NCBI GenBank assembly: GCA_030583805.1
Contig: CP129476.1
Location: 902,657-966,656 of the forward strand
DNA length: 64,000 nt
Direction of reading: 5' to 3'
Source of the DNA: Patescibacteria group bacterium
Lineage (GTDB): Bacteria > Patescibacteriota > Patescibacteriia > SG8-24 > DYFX01
Under the pieces are notes generated by a model. It worked only from the letters and a program-made list of their open reading frames with translations. It did not search any database and was not told where the DNA came from. The translations under genes and the position numbers were made by a program. Positions 11,505 through 21,621 of the stretch are shown here, piece by piece (within the stretch, counting starts at the first letter, position 1; each line of letters opens with the position of its first letter).

Positions 11505-11861
11505 TCACGCGACACGCTTATAGTCGTCGGCAAGACGTTCAATGTCGTCTTCACGACATTCGCCTTTTTGTAATTCAAGAATCAAAAGTGATTTGGTTCC
11601 GTTATTCTTCACGCGATGCGTTTGTTGAATGCCGACTTTCACAACGTCGCCTTCCGCGATCGCGTGCTCGCTGCCTTCAAGTTCAAACGTGCCGCGTCCG
11701 GAAATAACGATCCATGATTCTTCACGCTTGAAATGGCGCTGGAGGCTGAGGCGGTGGCCGGGCGCTACTTCGATGAGTTTCACGAGGAAGCCCTGGCCCT
11801 CGAAGATGTTCTGGAACGCGCCCCAGGGCCGTATTTCCGTCGGTTGTGGAAGGTTTTTCAT
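11505..11861 (-). CDS. cupin-domain protein (mannose-6-phosphate isomerase type II C-terminal-like)
   Basis: 118 aa; G(X)5HXH...E..Y cupin motifs (APGHRLSLQRHFKREESWIVISG). Confidence 0.7.
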   Translation of the reverse strand: MKNLPQPTEIRPWGAFQNIFEGQGFLVKLIEVAPGHRLSLQRHFKREESWIVISGRGTFELEGSEHAIAEGDVVKVGIQQTHRVKNNGTKSLLILELQKGECREDDIERLADDYKRVA

Positions 11862-11867
11862 AGGTGT

Positions 11868-13586
11868 TCAGAGCTTTCCTGCCCCGTTCGGATTGTACCC
11901 GCCCCGCACCTCCTCGCCATCGCTGAAACCGTCACCGTCCGTGTCCGACATGGACGGATTCGTCCCGTATCGGCGCTCGTCATCGTCGCTCAAGCCGTCG
12001 AGATCCCGGTCGGCGATACATTCGTTACCCGGTGAGATGCCGTCGGGATGAGCGCAATGCGGACCGGCTTCGAGATCACCGGCGTCCTCCGGCATCATAA
12101 ATCGAAGTTCGTACCGCTGGCCGCCTGCCGCCGCAGCGTAGGCGTACGGAGCTTCGGATTCCACAGAGAGTTCCCCGGTGAAATCGCCGTAGACGGTGCC
12201 CGTGCAGTTGGCGCGCGTGCTCGTCCAAGCGCTCTTGTTGCCGATCAGGCACAGCACGGCATTCGTTTGGTCAATGAGCTCGGTGGAAGCGGGAGTGGGG
12301 TAGCTGTTCGTTTCCGAATAGGCCAGTTCCAAAGCCGTCTGGATCTGTCGTATTTCTGAAACGACGCTCGCGCCGCTCCCACCTTCCGTTGACGAAGCTG
12401 CGAGACCGCCCATGAGCTGCCCAAAAATTTCTTCAAACGTTTTCGATTCTGCCGGCGCTTCGATCACCGGCGTTTGATTGATGTTCTTGAACTTCACGTC
12501 GAATGTCATGGTGCCGTCGGCCGGAACGTCTTCGGTCGCACTGCCGGTCATCTGAAGCAGTACGCGCGTCGGCAAACCGCTTTCCCTGCCGATCCAAATT
12601 TCGGACGAGGTTACCGTGACCTCTTTCGAGTAGCGTTCATAGTCATCAACAAACTTCTCGTAGGCCAGCGAAGCCTCGCCGTTCATGATGCCCTGCATCC
12701 GAAACACGAAGGCCTCGAGCGCCTCCTGGTCGACGGCAAGCTGATAGTGCCTTGAAGCGACGCCATCGACATCCTCGTCTTTTAAGGCTTTTTTGACGCG
12801 CACCGGCCTGAGTTCGATAAAGGCTGCGCGGATCTCTGCCTTTTGCTCTTCGGTGATGGTTTCTTTCGGTGCGGGAGCCTCCTCCGTAGTCGCGGTACCG
12901 ACGAACTGCTTTGCCAAGCCTTTCGGATCGATCTTCACCCAGACCCCGGCGATCGGCGAGAGGTCGATGAACATGTTCGAAGGAACCTCCGTGAGACTGA
13001 GATAGGTCGCGTCTTCGAGTTGGCGGGTGCTGAGGCCGAGGATGGGGGAGCCGTTTGCCAAGGACGTGCTGGCGAGCTTCATATCGAAGCGCGATTTCGG
13101 CTTGGTGCGATCAGCGTGATCGATCGCTCCGTTCACCGTCAGTAACAGTTTGACGGAAGCCGCGTCGTCGCTCAAAACGGGCAGCAGCGCCTCGGCGCCA
13201 GCTCCCGTTGCGCTCGTCGTCGCCTCGACGCGAAGGCTCGATTCGAACTCAAAGGCCTTTATATCCATCGTGCCGGAGAGCGCCGCGGCCAAAACCTTCT
13301 CGGGGTCTTCTTTGAGAAAGAAGAAATAGGTCGCGGATGCGCCGCCAGCGAGCACAAGAATGCCAGCGACGATGCCGATCAGCAGACCCCAGCGTTTTGG
13401 CGCCGCAGACGTTACGGCAGGGGTTGCGGGCGCGCTCGGAGCGGCGGGCGCAGCAGGCGCGCTCATGGCCGCATGGATATCGGCCTCCGACCAACCGGTA
13501 CGCTTCAGTTCTTCTCGGATCGTGTCGCTTGCTTCGCCGGCAGCAAGACGCTGGCGCACGTACTCGGTCAATTGAGGTGAGTTCAT
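11868..13586 (-). CDS. membrane-anchored extracytoplasmic protein with pilin-like segment and C-terminal thrombospondin type-3-like Ca-binding repeats
   Basis: N-terminal cytoplasmic helix + TM (LLIGIVAGILVLAGG); IRQIQTALELAYSETNSYP pilin-like; DRDLDGLSDDDE / DTDGDGFSDGEE DxDxDG repeats; -10 TACAAT 8 nt before ATG (leaderless). Confidence 0.65.
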   Translation of the reverse strand: MNSPQLTEYVRQRLAAGEASDTIREELKRTGWSEADIHAAMSAPAAPAAPSAPATPAVTSAAPKRWGLLIGIVAGILVLAGGASATYFFFLKEDPEKVLAAALSGTMDIKAFEFESSLRVEATTSATGAGAEALLPVLSDDAASVKLLLTVNGAIDHADRTKPKSRFDMKLASTSLANGSPILGLSTRQLEDATYLSLTEVPSNMFIDLSPIAGVWVKIDPKGLAKQFVGTATTEEAPAPKETITEEQKAEIRAAFIELRPVRVKKALKDEDVDGVASRHYQLAVDQEALEAFVFRMQGIMNGEASLAYEKFVDDYERYSKEVTVTSSEIWIGRESGLPTRVLLQMTGSATEDVPADGTMTFDVKFKNINQTPVIEAPAESKTFEEIFGQLMGGLAASSTEGGSGASVVSEIRQIQTALELAYSETNSYPTPASTELIDQTNAVLCLIGNKSAWTSTRANCTGTVYGDFTGELSVESEAPYAYAAAAGGQRYELRFMMPEDAGDLEAGPHCAHPDGISPGNECIADRDLDGLSDDDERRYGTNPSMSDTDGDGFSDGEEVRGGYNPNGAGKL

Positions 13587-13663
13587 ATGCCATCATTGTA
13601 AGGATGAAACCGATGTTTCGTCTATGCTACGATGGGCATAGAATTCATTCATCATCATACGGT

Positions 13664-13969
13664 ATGGTACACAACTGGAAATCCTGGTTGGCGTCGGCCT
13701 CCGTCTTGCTCCTCGTAGGGGCGGGGTGCGCCGGTTCCGTCGATCAGAAGGCCTCGCTTGAGGCAGAAACCGGCATGGAAGCCGGGGAAAAGACGGGGGA
13801 GGGAGCCTCGCTCGACGCAAGCGTCGACGCGGCCGTCGACGCAGCGCTCGCTGAAATCGACGCGTCGACAAGAATGGAGCTTGAGGAAAACCAAGATGCG
13901 GACGTCGTCGCCAACGACGACGCTGAATTAAAAGCGTATGGCAACACCTATGTCGAAAGTGAACTCTAA
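13664..13969 (+). CDS. small acidic secreted/lipoprotein (101 aa)
   Basis: signal peptide LLLVGAGC; highly acidic mature region. Confidence 0.45.
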   Translation: MVHNWKSWLASASVLLLVGAGCAGSVDQKASLEAETGMEAGEKTGEGASLDASVDAAVDAALAEIDASTRMELEENQDADVVANDDAELKAYGNTYVESEL

Positions 13970-14765
13970 GCGTCTGGCCACCGGCGCGGCGGCCGGAGTC
14001 GTACTGCTCCTCACGTCCGTCCTGCCCGCGTTCGCGGTTGAAATGCGCGGCGACGTGAACGCTGATCTGCGGGTTCGGGCCGAAGGCTCGCCGAACGCCT
14101 GCGCGCGCATCACGCAGGCGTCAGAGCAGCTTCAAACGCGCCTCGGAGAACTTCGCTCAAGGCTCGACGTGCGTCGCGATGAGCGCAAAACGCGCATCGA
14201 TGATCGCCGAACCGAACACAGAGAGAATGCCGTTGAACGACGTGAGAATTGGAGCGAACGCTGGGACAAGCTCCTGATCGAGCTCGAAGCAAAGGCAGAA
14301 GCGGACGCGCAGAAAGCCGCCGTCCTTCAGTTCAAACTCGACATGCAAGCCGCCTTTAACGCGCGCCAGGGCGCGATTGATACGGCGACGGCCGCGTTTC
14401 GGACGGGTCTTGATAAGGCCGTCAGCGACCGCAAGACGGCCGTACAGGCCGCTGCGGACGCCCTGAAGGCTTCCGTGAGAGCCGCTTTCGATAAGGCCAA
14501 AGCGGACTGCGCCGCCGATGTCGACAGCGCTTCGGTTGTCGCCACGCTCAAGGCAAGCTTGAGCGCTGCGCATGCCAAGTTCCGCACCGACATGCAGGCT
14601 GTCGAGAAAGTCGGCACGAACGCCCGTGCCCTGGCCGAAGCCCGCCGCAACGCCGTTGAAAAGGCTAAAGCGGAGTTCAAGGTTGCTGCCGAAGCAGCTC
14701 GCGCAAAGCTCAAGGCAGCTTTGAAAGCCAACGCCACGGAGTCCGCGACCGCGACCCAGCCGTAA
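13950..14765 (+). CDS. secreted alpha-helical coiled-coil protein
   Basis: signal peptide AAAGVVLLLTSVLPAFA; Ala/Lys/Glu-rich heptad-like repeats. Confidence 0.55.
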   Translation: MSKVNSKRLATGAAAGVVLLLTSVLPAFAVEMRGDVNADLRVRAEGSPNACARITQASEQLQTRLGELRSRLDVRRDERKTRIDDRRTEHRENAVERRENWSERWDKLLIELEAKAEADAQKAAVLQFKLDMQAAFNARQGAIDTATAAFRTGLDKAVSDRKTAVQAAADALKASVRAAFDKAKADCAADVDSASVVATLKASLSAAHAKFRTDMQAVEKVGTNARALAEARRNAVEKAKAEFKVAAEAARAKLKAALKANATESATATQP

Positions 14766-14848
14766 CAACAACATCCGCCCGAAAGGGCGGATTTTGTTTT
14801 GGTTGGGGATAGTCACGCGCGCGCATTTCGTGTACACATAGAGAGACT

Positions 14849-16645
14849 ATGTGCGGGATCAACGGATTCGTCGGTACGAACAAGAGTGTCATGGCGAATA
14901 TGAACGCCGTCTTGATGCATCGCGGTCCCGACTACGCGGGGGTGTTTGATGATGGGCGCCTGAGCTTGAGCCACATCCTGCTTTCGATCCGTGACGCGTC
15001 CGACGTTTCCCGCCAGCCGGTGCGCAGTCCGGGGTCTCCTTGGGTGCTGGCGTTCAACGGGCAGCTCTACAATACGCGCGAGCTCAAGGCGTTCTTGGGG
15101 TCGGAATTCGAGGGCGTCGATTTGGACACGACGCTGCTGCACGCGGTTATCGAACGCGAGGGATGGAATTTTACGCGCCGTATTCACGGCATGTATGCGA
15201 TCGCTCTCTATAACGCGGCGGAAGGGATCGTGCGCTTGTATCGCGACCCGAGCGGCCAAAAGCTTCTCTATTATTACGCCAAGGACGGACGTTTTATTTG
15301 GAGTTCGGAGTTGAAGGGGATTTTGGCACATTCGGACGTTGACCGTGCGCCGGATGAGGAGGCGGTGGCAATCGCGGCTTCGCTCGGGTACATCCCGGGC
15401 GTACGGACGCTGTTCAAATACATCCGGAAGCTCAATTTGAATCAGTGGGCCTCTTTCGATCTTCGGACCAAGACGCTCACGACGGAATATTTCGGCGAAT
15501 CATCGAGCGACTATTTTCCGGAAGATCCCGACGAAGCGTTCAAGCTGCTCATTGAGGAGCATCTGCAGAGCAAACAACCCGTCGCCATCAATCTTTCCGG
15601 CGGCCTCGATTCTTCGCTCTTGGTGCACGAGATGGCCAAGCTCGGCCATGAAATCCGCACCTACACGACCCGCTTTGTCGACTGCAACGCGAAGTTCAAC
15701 CTCGATGCCGATCTCGCCGCGCGTTTGGCAAACGATTATCACACGAAGCACACGGAAGTGCTCGTGACAAAAGAAACATTTTTTCAGAACTTTCTTGAAG
15801 CGTATCGATTGATCGAAGAACCGAATTACAACGTCAGCCTGCCCGCCTACTTGCAGATCGCGAAGCGCGAGGGCATGCGCGGCGATCGGAACCGCGTCAT
15901 TCTTTCGGGGGACGGCGGCGACGAGCTTTTTGCCGGCTACCCGCACTATAAGGAGAGCCGCCGGATCGACCGGATGCAGCTGCTTATGACCCCCTGGCTC
16001 TTCAACCTGCTCAAGAACCGCCATTCCCGCGTGAAATACCGCTACGATCGCCTGGATGACCGATGGCTGGCTCTCAGAGCCTTCACCAAGCGGTTCCTGC
16101 GGGAACCGTCTTCCGGGCTCGCAGGCTACGTCCACGAGACCGTCGCGCCGTATCTCGAGACCCACGGCGCGAACGGTGATTCGGTTTACCAGATGATGGC
16201 GCGCGACCGCGTCCTCTGGATGGGCGGCGAGAACTTTATCCGCTCCGACAAGCTGTTCATGAGCCAGAGCCTCGAGCTGCGTTCGCCGCTCGCGTATCAT
16301 CCGTTCCGCTTGCACTGGGACGCGCGCTTGAAACCGAAAGATTATGTCGGGAGCGGCGTGGTCAACAAGCCGTTCCTTCGCGCGCATTATCTCGGCAAGC
16401 TGCCCGACTACATCACGAAGCGCGAAGACAAAACCGGCTGGCGCTCGCCGATCCAGGAATGGTACGACGCGCGGTACCGCGAGATGTTTCTGGATACGCT
16501 CGGCGCCGTCGAGAACAATAACGGTTTGGTCGACTGGAAAGCCGCGAAGGAGATTGTCGCCAAGCGCCAGGACTGGCCCGGCAAGACGGCGCACCTCTAC
16601 GTCTCGCTGGCGCTGCTCGCGAAGGATTACCAACTCTCGATTTGA
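14849..16645 (+). CDS. asnB: asparagine synthetase (glutamine-hydrolysing)
   Basis: MCGI N-terminal Cys nucleophile; SGGLDSS PP-loop; 598 aa. Confidence 0.9.
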   Translation: MCGINGFVGTNKSVMANMNAVLMHRGPDYAGVFDDGRLSLSHILLSIRDASDVSRQPVRSPGSPWVLAFNGQLYNTRELKAFLGSEFEGVDLDTTLLHAVIEREGWNFTRRIHGMYAIALYNAAEGIVRLYRDPSGQKLLYYYAKDGRFIWSSELKGILAHSDVDRAPDEEAVAIAASLGYIPGVRTLFKYIRKLNLNQWASFDLRTKTLTTEYFGESSSDYFPEDPDEAFKLLIEEHLQSKQPVAINLSGGLDSSLLVHEMAKLGHEIRTYTTRFVDCNAKFNLDADLAARLANDYHTKHTEVLVTKETFFQNFLEAYRLIEEPNYNVSLPAYLQIAKREGMRGDRNRVILSGDGGDELFAGYPHYKESRRIDRMQLLMTPWLFNLLKNRHSRVKYRYDRLDDRWLALRAFTKRFLREPSSGLAGYVHETVAPYLETHGANGDSVYQMMARDRVLWMGGENFIRSDKLFMSQSLELRSPLAYHPFRLHWDARLKPKDYVGSGVVNKPFLRAHYLGKLPDYITKREDKTGWRSPIQEWYDARYREMFLDTLGAVENNNGLVDWKAAKEIVAKRQDWPGKTAHLYVSLALLAKDYQLSI

Positions 16646-16649
16646 AACA

Positions 16650-16676
16650 AAAAACCCCGCGTATGCGGGGTTTTTT
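16650..16676. terminator. bidirectional terminator (aaaaccccgcg-uau-gcgggguuuuuu)
   Basis: perfect palindromic GC stem flanked by A-run and U-run between asnB (+) and tRNA-Ala (-). Confidence 0.75.
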
Positions 16677-16751
16677 GGTGGACCGCTCCGGACTTGAACC
16701 GGATGCCTCCGCCTTGCAAAGGCGGCGCTCTACCAGCTGAGCTAGCGGCCC
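16676..16751 (-). tRNA. tRNA-Ala (anticodon UGC)
   Basis: cloverleaf with G3:U70 Ala identity pair, anticodon loop uuUGCaa, GGTTCAAGTCC T-arm, encoded CCA. Confidence 0.9.
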
Positions 16752-16762
16752 ATAACGGGACT

Positions 16763-16791
16763 ACCTTAGACAATAAAGGCCTCTTCGTCAA
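16763..16791 (-). promoter_or_regulatory. tRNA-Ala promoter TTGACG-17-TAAGGT
   Basis: 17-nt spacer; -10 ends ~11 nt before tRNA 5' end. Confidence 0.45.
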
Positions 16792-16805
16792 TAAAAAAAC
16801 CGCAG

Positions 16806-17201
16806 TCAGTTTGGCTGCGGCGGCGTGCTGCGACGCGCTGGCGTCTTGAGCAGTTCGACGTAGTCGTGGAAATCGGAGAGGGCGAAGAGCTTGCGGTCAT
16901 TGGTCCAGATCGCGGCTTGGTTCCAGATCGCGATGTGTTCTCGGAGTTCCGGATCGATGTACGTTTCTGCGCCGTCTTGGCCGTCCACATCGCGGATGTC
17001 TTCGACATCAGCCATCTTGGAGTTCAAGATCGTCATGACGAATCCCTGAATCTCTTCGCTCGGCACCCCACCGGCCATAACGGCGGCATCCAGGATGACC
17101 ATCGCGAGGCATTTACTGCCGACTTCGACAGCGGCTTCGTCGGGCGTGCCAGTGAAACGCCCGTGCTTGCCGCATTTTTCACACAGCGTGAACGTGAGCA
17201 T
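16806..17201 (-). CDS. hypothetical protein with CxxC...H zinc-ribbon-like N-terminus
   Basis: start chosen at third ATG preceded by GGAGG SD; CEKCGKHG motif; terminator downstream. Confidence 0.5.
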   Translation of the reverse strand: MLTFTLCEKCGKHGRFTGTPDEAAVEVGSKCLAMVILDAAVMAGGVPSEEIQGFVMTILNSKMADVEDIRDVDGQDGAETYIDPELREHIAIWNQAAIWTNDRKLFALSDFHDYVELLKTPARRSTPPQPN

Positions 17202-17289
17202 GGACGCCTCCTGCATTGTGACGCGCATTCACCATACGCGTATTTCCGATTGGCGGTCAAGGTGGCCAAAGGGTATGCTGGAAGCAGCT

Positions 17290-18069
17290 ATGGAACTCCT
17301 GTTCCTCGGAACCGGGCCGGCCGAAGCCATTCCGCGCATGGGGCACGACGACGCGCTTTGTCGGGACGGCATGAAACCCCATTCGAAAAGCCGCCGCTTG
17401 CGCTCGGCGGCACTCCTGCGTTTCCGCGAAACTTCGATTCTCCTGGATGCGGGGCCGGACATCGGCTACCAGCTCGCTTCCCACCGCGTACAGCACATTG
17501 ACGCGGCGCTTCTCACGCATGCCCATCTCGATGCCGCCGGCGGACTTCGTACGCTGGCCGATTGGGCTTCGACGACCGGGCGGGTTCTGCCTGTCTATAC
17601 CGAGTTGCCAACGCAGAAGCGTTACGGGACGTTTTCGGGCCTTGAATACCGCTTCGTAAAATCCGGAGGTACGGCCAAGATCGGGGCGCTTTCGACGCGT
17701 TTCCTGCGCATGCGCCACAGCCTCCAGCCGGGATTCCCCACGCTCGGCTTCCGCATCGGCAAGCTGGCGTATGCCAGCGACGTCGCTTCAATTCCGACGC
17801 AATCGTTGAAGCATCTTCAGGGCGTGCGCACGCTGGTGCTCGACGCGGCCTTCTGGTTCGCGCAAAAATATCGGGGGCATCTCACGCCGGATAAATCGAT
17901 CAAGTATGCGCAGTGGCTCGGCGTCGAACATCTCGTGCTGACGCAGACTGGGCACACCTATCCTCCGCATGCCGAGGCGGAACGCGCGCTCAAGGCGTAT
18001 GCGAGAGAACATGCTCCGCACTTGAAACTGACGCTCGCGCATGACGGCCTCAGGATCAAGCAACCGTAA
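17290..18069 (+). CDS. MBL-fold metallo-hydrolase (PhnP-like phosphodiesterase family)
   Basis: LTHAHLDAAGG metallo-beta-lactamase motif, 259 aa. Confidence 0.7.
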   Translation: MELLFLGTGPAEAIPRMGHDDALCRDGMKPHSKSRRLRSAALLRFRETSILLDAGPDIGYQLASHRVQHIDAALLTHAHLDAAGGLRTLADWASTTGRVLPVYTELPTQKRYGTFSGLEYRFVKSGGTAKIGALSTRFLRMRHSLQPGFPTLGFRIGKLAYASDVASIPTQSLKHLQGVRTLVLDAAFWFAQKYRGHLTPDKSIKYAQWLGVEHLVLTQTGHTYPPHAEAERALKAYAREHAPHLKLTLAHDGLRIKQP

Positions 18070-18080
18070 TAAAAAACCGC

Positions 18081-18509
18081 TCAGAAGAGCGGGTTGGGAA
18101 ACGGGTGCGTGAGCGCTTCGCGCAGGCCCGTCTCCTTCTCGTCGAGATAGTGGAGCAGCCACCTGGCGCACTGGGTCAATCCAAGGTGGTACGGTTCCGG
18201 CGCCGCCGGACGCTCCGCGAACGCGCCGATCACCTGAATGGCATTGTAGAGCTCGACGTAGATGTCGTCGTCGCGATGGCCGGAGAACGTGATCGCCATG
18301 ATGCGCCCGTTCGCGTCGTGCTCGTACGACCAGGCAGCCAGCGCGATCGTCGTGCGGGACGCGTCGATGCGGTGGAGCTTGTAGTACATCACGATGTGAA
18401 GCGTTCCGTCGTGCGCGTCGTCCGCCCTGACCTCGATCGTATGCGGAAGTTGCTCGATCCACGCCTCGGCTTCCGAGGGATACTGGAGCAAGAGGAACAT
18501 GCGCTGCAT
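18081..18509 (-). CDS. hypothetical protein (142 aa)
   Basis: compact ORF with terminator-like sequence downstream; no family recognised. Confidence 0.5.
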   Translation of the reverse strand: MQRMFLLLQYPSEAEAWIEQLPHTIEVRADDAHDGTLHIVMYYKLHRIDASRTTIALAAWSYEHDANGRIMAITFSGHRDDDIYVELYNAIQVIGAFAERPAAPEPYHLGLTQCARWLLHYLDEKETGLREALTHPFPNPLF

Positions 18510-18571
18510 GACAGACCTCCTCCTACGAGCATAGCAAAACGCCCCCGACGTGTCGTCAGGGGCGTTTGCGT

Positions 18572-19540
18572 TCAGGGAAGGGGAACGAGGTTGCTTGGCG
18601 TTTTGCCGGCCAGGACGTCGATAATGCCCTGTGCGGCGATTCTTGCCATGGCGTCGCGCGCTTCGGTGGTCGCCGAGGCCGTATGCGGCGTCAGGGTGAC
18701 GTTTGGCAGCTTTGCGAGTCCGGGCACGAGTTTGGGCTCGAACTCGAAGACGTCGAGTCCTGCGGCGGCGATGCGCTTTGCTTTGAGCGCGGCGACCAAG
18801 GCTTTTTCGTCGATGACCGGGCCGCGCGACGTGTTCACCAGGATCGCGGTTTTCTTCATCAGCTTGAGCTTCTTCGCGTCGATCAGGTGGCGCGTCGTCG
18901 GCAGCAAGGGGACATGGACCGAAACGACGTCGGAGTTTTTCAGGAGCTCTTCGGCAGTCGCGTAGGTCGCGCCCAGTTCTTTCTCGAACGCTTCATTGCG
19001 CTTCACGTCAAAGTACAGCACCTTCATATCGAGACCCTTTGCCGCGCGCCGCGCGACGTCCGCGCCGATGCGTCCGAGACCGAGGACGCCCAAGGTCTTT
19101 CCGGCCAACTCGGTGCCGAGCAGCAGCTCCGGCTCCCAGCCTTTGTACTTGCCTCCGCGCACGAAACGGTCGGCTTCAGCCAAGCGCTTGGCGGCAGCCA
19201 TGATGAGCGCGATCGCGTGTTCGGCCACAGCGACGTTCAGCACCATGGGCGTATTCGCCGCGAGCACGCCGCGCTTTTTGAATGCTTTGAGATCGAAGTT
19301 GTCGTAGCCGACGGCATAGTTCGCCACGATCTTGAGCTGCATGCCCGCGGCGATGAAGAACTCCTCGTCGATCTTGTCGGTGAGAAGCGAAAGCATGGCG
19401 TCGCAGCCTTTGACCGCCTGCAGCATCGCTTTGCGCGGCATCGCCGTGCTCTTGTTGTAGAGTTTGACCTTGTGTCCGGCCTCCTTGAGGAGCGTAAGTC
19501 CGATCTTGGGAATCTTGCGGGTGACGAGAATGGTTGACAT
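18572..19540 (-). CDS. D-isomer-specific 2-hydroxyacid dehydrogenase (glyoxylate/hydroxypyruvate reductase-like)
   Basis: GxGxxG NAD site (GVLGLGRIG), catalytic R/E/H pattern, 322 aa. Confidence 0.85.
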   Translation of the reverse strand: MSTILVTRKIPKIGLTLLKEAGHKVKLYNKSTAMPRKAMLQAVKGCDAMLSLLTDKIDEEFFIAAGMQLKIVANYAVGYDNFDLKAFKKRGVLAANTPMVLNVAVAEHAIALIMAAAKRLAEADRFVRGGKYKGWEPELLLGTELAGKTLGVLGLGRIGADVARRAAKGLDMKVLYFDVKRNEAFEKELGATYATAEELLKNSDVVSVHVPLLPTTRHLIDAKKLKLMKKTAILVNTSRGPVIDEKALVAALKAKRIAAAGLDVFEFEPKLVPGLAKLPNVTLTPHTASATTEARDAMARIAAQGIIDVLAGKTPSNLVPLP

Positions 19541-19630
19541 ATGTTTCCATCCCGGCGAAAGCCGGGATCCAGGACGAGAAATGGGCGAATTGTTAGAGGC
19601 TGGGCCCCGGCCTCCGCCGGGGTGGTACGG

Positions 19631-20566
19631 TTAGGCCTTTCCAGCCGATCCGAAGAGTTCCATCTTATGTTTGACGACCTCGGTCATGAGCGTTTTTGCG
19701 GGTCCGACGATCTTGCGCGGATCGATCGCCATCTTGTCGCTGAGCAGGGTTTCGCGCACGGCGGCGGTAAAGGCGATACGGAGATCGGAGTCGACGTTGA
19801 TCTTGTTGATGCCGCGCTTGACCGCTTCGGCGATCGCGTCATCCGAGACGCCGTGCGCGCCGTCGAGACGCGCGCAGTCGCCGAGGATCGAACACTGGGT
19901 CTTGGTGCGCTCGACGAGGTCGGGCGAAATACCCGATGCGCCGTGGAGTACGAGCGGCATGTCGACCAGCTTCTTGATCGCCGTAATGCGCTCGAAATCC
20001 AGGACGGTTTCGCCCTTGAACTTGAAGGCGCCGTGCTGCGTACCGACGGCGATCGCAAGCGCGTCGCACTTCGTCGCCTTCACGAATGCCAGGGCTTTTT
20101 CAGGGTTCGTAAGATGCGCGTCTTTTTCCTCGACCGACACGAAGTCCTCGATGCCGGCGATCGCGCCGAGCTCGGCCTCGACCGAAACGCCTTTCCATTT
20201 CGCCCAGCCGACAACTTTTTTCGTGTTGGCGATATTTTCCGCGTCAGGCAATGATGATCCGTCGTACATGACGGATGTGTAGCCGCCGTGAATCGCCCGC
20301 TTCACCGTGTCCAGGTTCTTGCCGTGATCAAGGTGAAACACGACCGGCACGTTCGCTTTGGCGGCGACGCCGACCATCGCCTTCAGGTACTCCATGCCCG
20401 CATACTCGATCGCGCCTTCGCTCGTCTGCACGATGACGGGGGAGCGCGTTTCGACCGCAGCCGCCATGATCGCCTGCAGGATTTCGAGGTTGTTGATGTT
20501 GAACGCCCCGACGGCGTAGTTGCCGGCGTGCGCTTTGGCCAAAACTTTCTTCAGCGTCGTCAGCAT
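19631..20566 (-). CDS. fba: class II fructose-bisphosphate aldolase
   Basis: HLDHG zinc motif, NINN..., 311 aa from ATG 20566. Confidence 0.9.
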   Translation of the reverse strand: MLTTLKKVLAKAHAGNYAVGAFNINNLEILQAIMAAAVETRSPVIVQTSEGAIEYAGMEYLKAMVGVAAKANVPVVFHLDHGKNLDTVKRAIHGGYTSVMYDGSSLPDAENIANTKKVVGWAKWKGVSVEAELGAIAGIEDFVSVEEKDAHLTNPEKALAFVKATKCDALAIAVGTQHGAFKFKGETVLDFERITAIKKLVDMPLVLHGASGISPDLVERTKTQCSILGDCARLDGAHGVSDDAIAEAVKRGINKINVDSDLRIAFTAAVRETLLSDKMAIDPRKIVGPAKTLMTEVVKHKMELFGSAGKA

Positions 20567-20567
20567 A

Positions 20568-21557
20568 TTAGAACGTCTGTGCCTTGATGCTCGGGTACTT
20601 CTTGAGCCAGGACTGCATTTGGCCTTTGGTGAGCAATCCCGCCTGAGGACCAACTTTCAGAATGACTGAACCGGAGTTCATCGTGCCCCAGCGGAGCGCC
20701 TCGGGAATGTCTTTGCCGAGATTCATTGCCGCGATGAAGGCGGTTGCGAACGAGTCGCCCGCGCCCGTGCGTTCGACGACGGCCGTGTCGGTGATGCCGC
20801 ACTTCCAGAATGAAACGCCGTCATGCACGTACGAGCCCTTCTCGCCGTCGGTGATGACGACGATCTTGGGACCGATGCGCTTGGTCGCGATGAGCAATTC
20901 TTTCATGTCGGCGATGGTGCCGACGAGGCGCTGCGCCTCCTCCTTATTCACGAACAGGACGGCGGTCGAGGCCAAAAGCGGCTTGAGTTTCTCGAGACCT
21001 TGCTTGAGCTGGTGCGTGCCGGGATTGAAGGCAAGCTGCGCCCTGGTTTTCTTCACATGGGCCAAGAGCGCCATATGGAAATCCATGTGATTCTTGCCCA
21101 TGGACGTCAGGTAGAACCATTTGGTCGGCTTGAACTTCGGCATCTTATACTTGCGGTCGATATGGTAGACGAGGATCGTGCGCTCACCCTTATAGTTCAG
21201 GACAACCGAATAATTCGATTCCTGCTTCTTGTCGACCTGCACATACTCGCAGCACACCTTCTCGCGTTGGATAGTCTCCATGATGTTGCGGCCCGTTTCG
21301 TCGTTGCCGACGATCGAATAGAACGCGGCGGTCAGGCCGAGGCGCGAAGAACCCACGGCGTTGTTGGCGGCGTTGCCGCCGATCAGGCGCTGGACTTTTT
21401 CGACGGGGATTTTGTCGGCGTAGGACAGGCACAACTGGCAGACGTCTTTTTGGAGATTGCACAGCACGTTCGCTTCCTGGAGCGAAACGAAGACGTCGAG
21501 GGTGGCGTCACCGATGGAAATAACGTCGTACGCGGACGGTTTCTTGCGTTTCTGCAT
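20568..21557 (-). CDS. PfkB-family sugar kinase (ribokinase/phosphofructokinase-like)
   Basis: GG...NAANNA and GAGDSFATAF PfkB signatures. Confidence 0.85.
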   Translation of the reverse strand: MQKRKKPSAYDVISIGDATLDVFVSLQEANVLCNLQKDVCQLCLSYADKIPVEKVQRLIGGNAANNAVGSSRLGLTAAFYSIVGNDETGRNIMETIQREKVCCEYVQVDKKQESNYSVVLNYKGERTILVYHIDRKYKMPKFKPTKWFYLTSMGKNHMDFHMALLAHVKKTRAQLAFNPGTHQLKQGLEKLKPLLASTAVLFVNKEEAQRLVGTIADMKELLIATKRIGPKIVVITDGEKGSYVHDGVSFWKCGITDTAVVERTGAGDSFATAFIAAMNLGKDIPEALRWGTMNSGSVILKVGPQAGLLTKGQMQSWLKKYPSIKAQTF

Positions 21558-21583
21558 AGGGGAAAAGCTAGTGATTTCGCAGA

Positions 21584-21600
21584 AAGTATAACACAAACGC
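21584..21600 (-). promoter_or_regulatory. extended -10 promoter TGTTATACT (17-nt motif GCGTTTGTGTTATACTT, copy 1) upstream of PfkB-fba
   Basis: exact 17-mer also at 23488-23504; preceded by terminator hairpin gccccggaaacggggc of tkt operon. Confidence 0.45.
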
Positions 21601-21621
21601 CCCGTTTCCGGGGCGCTCTGC

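Noticed and set aside
15500-16633. 377-aa minus-strand ORF
   Set aside because: Antisense to asnB.
16650-16676. Identical ccccgcguaugcgggg palindrome in terminator and 23S insert as evidence of a mobile element (MITE)
   Set aside because: Only a 16-nt core is shared, with no flanking direct repeats. More likely convergent GC-rich stem-loops.
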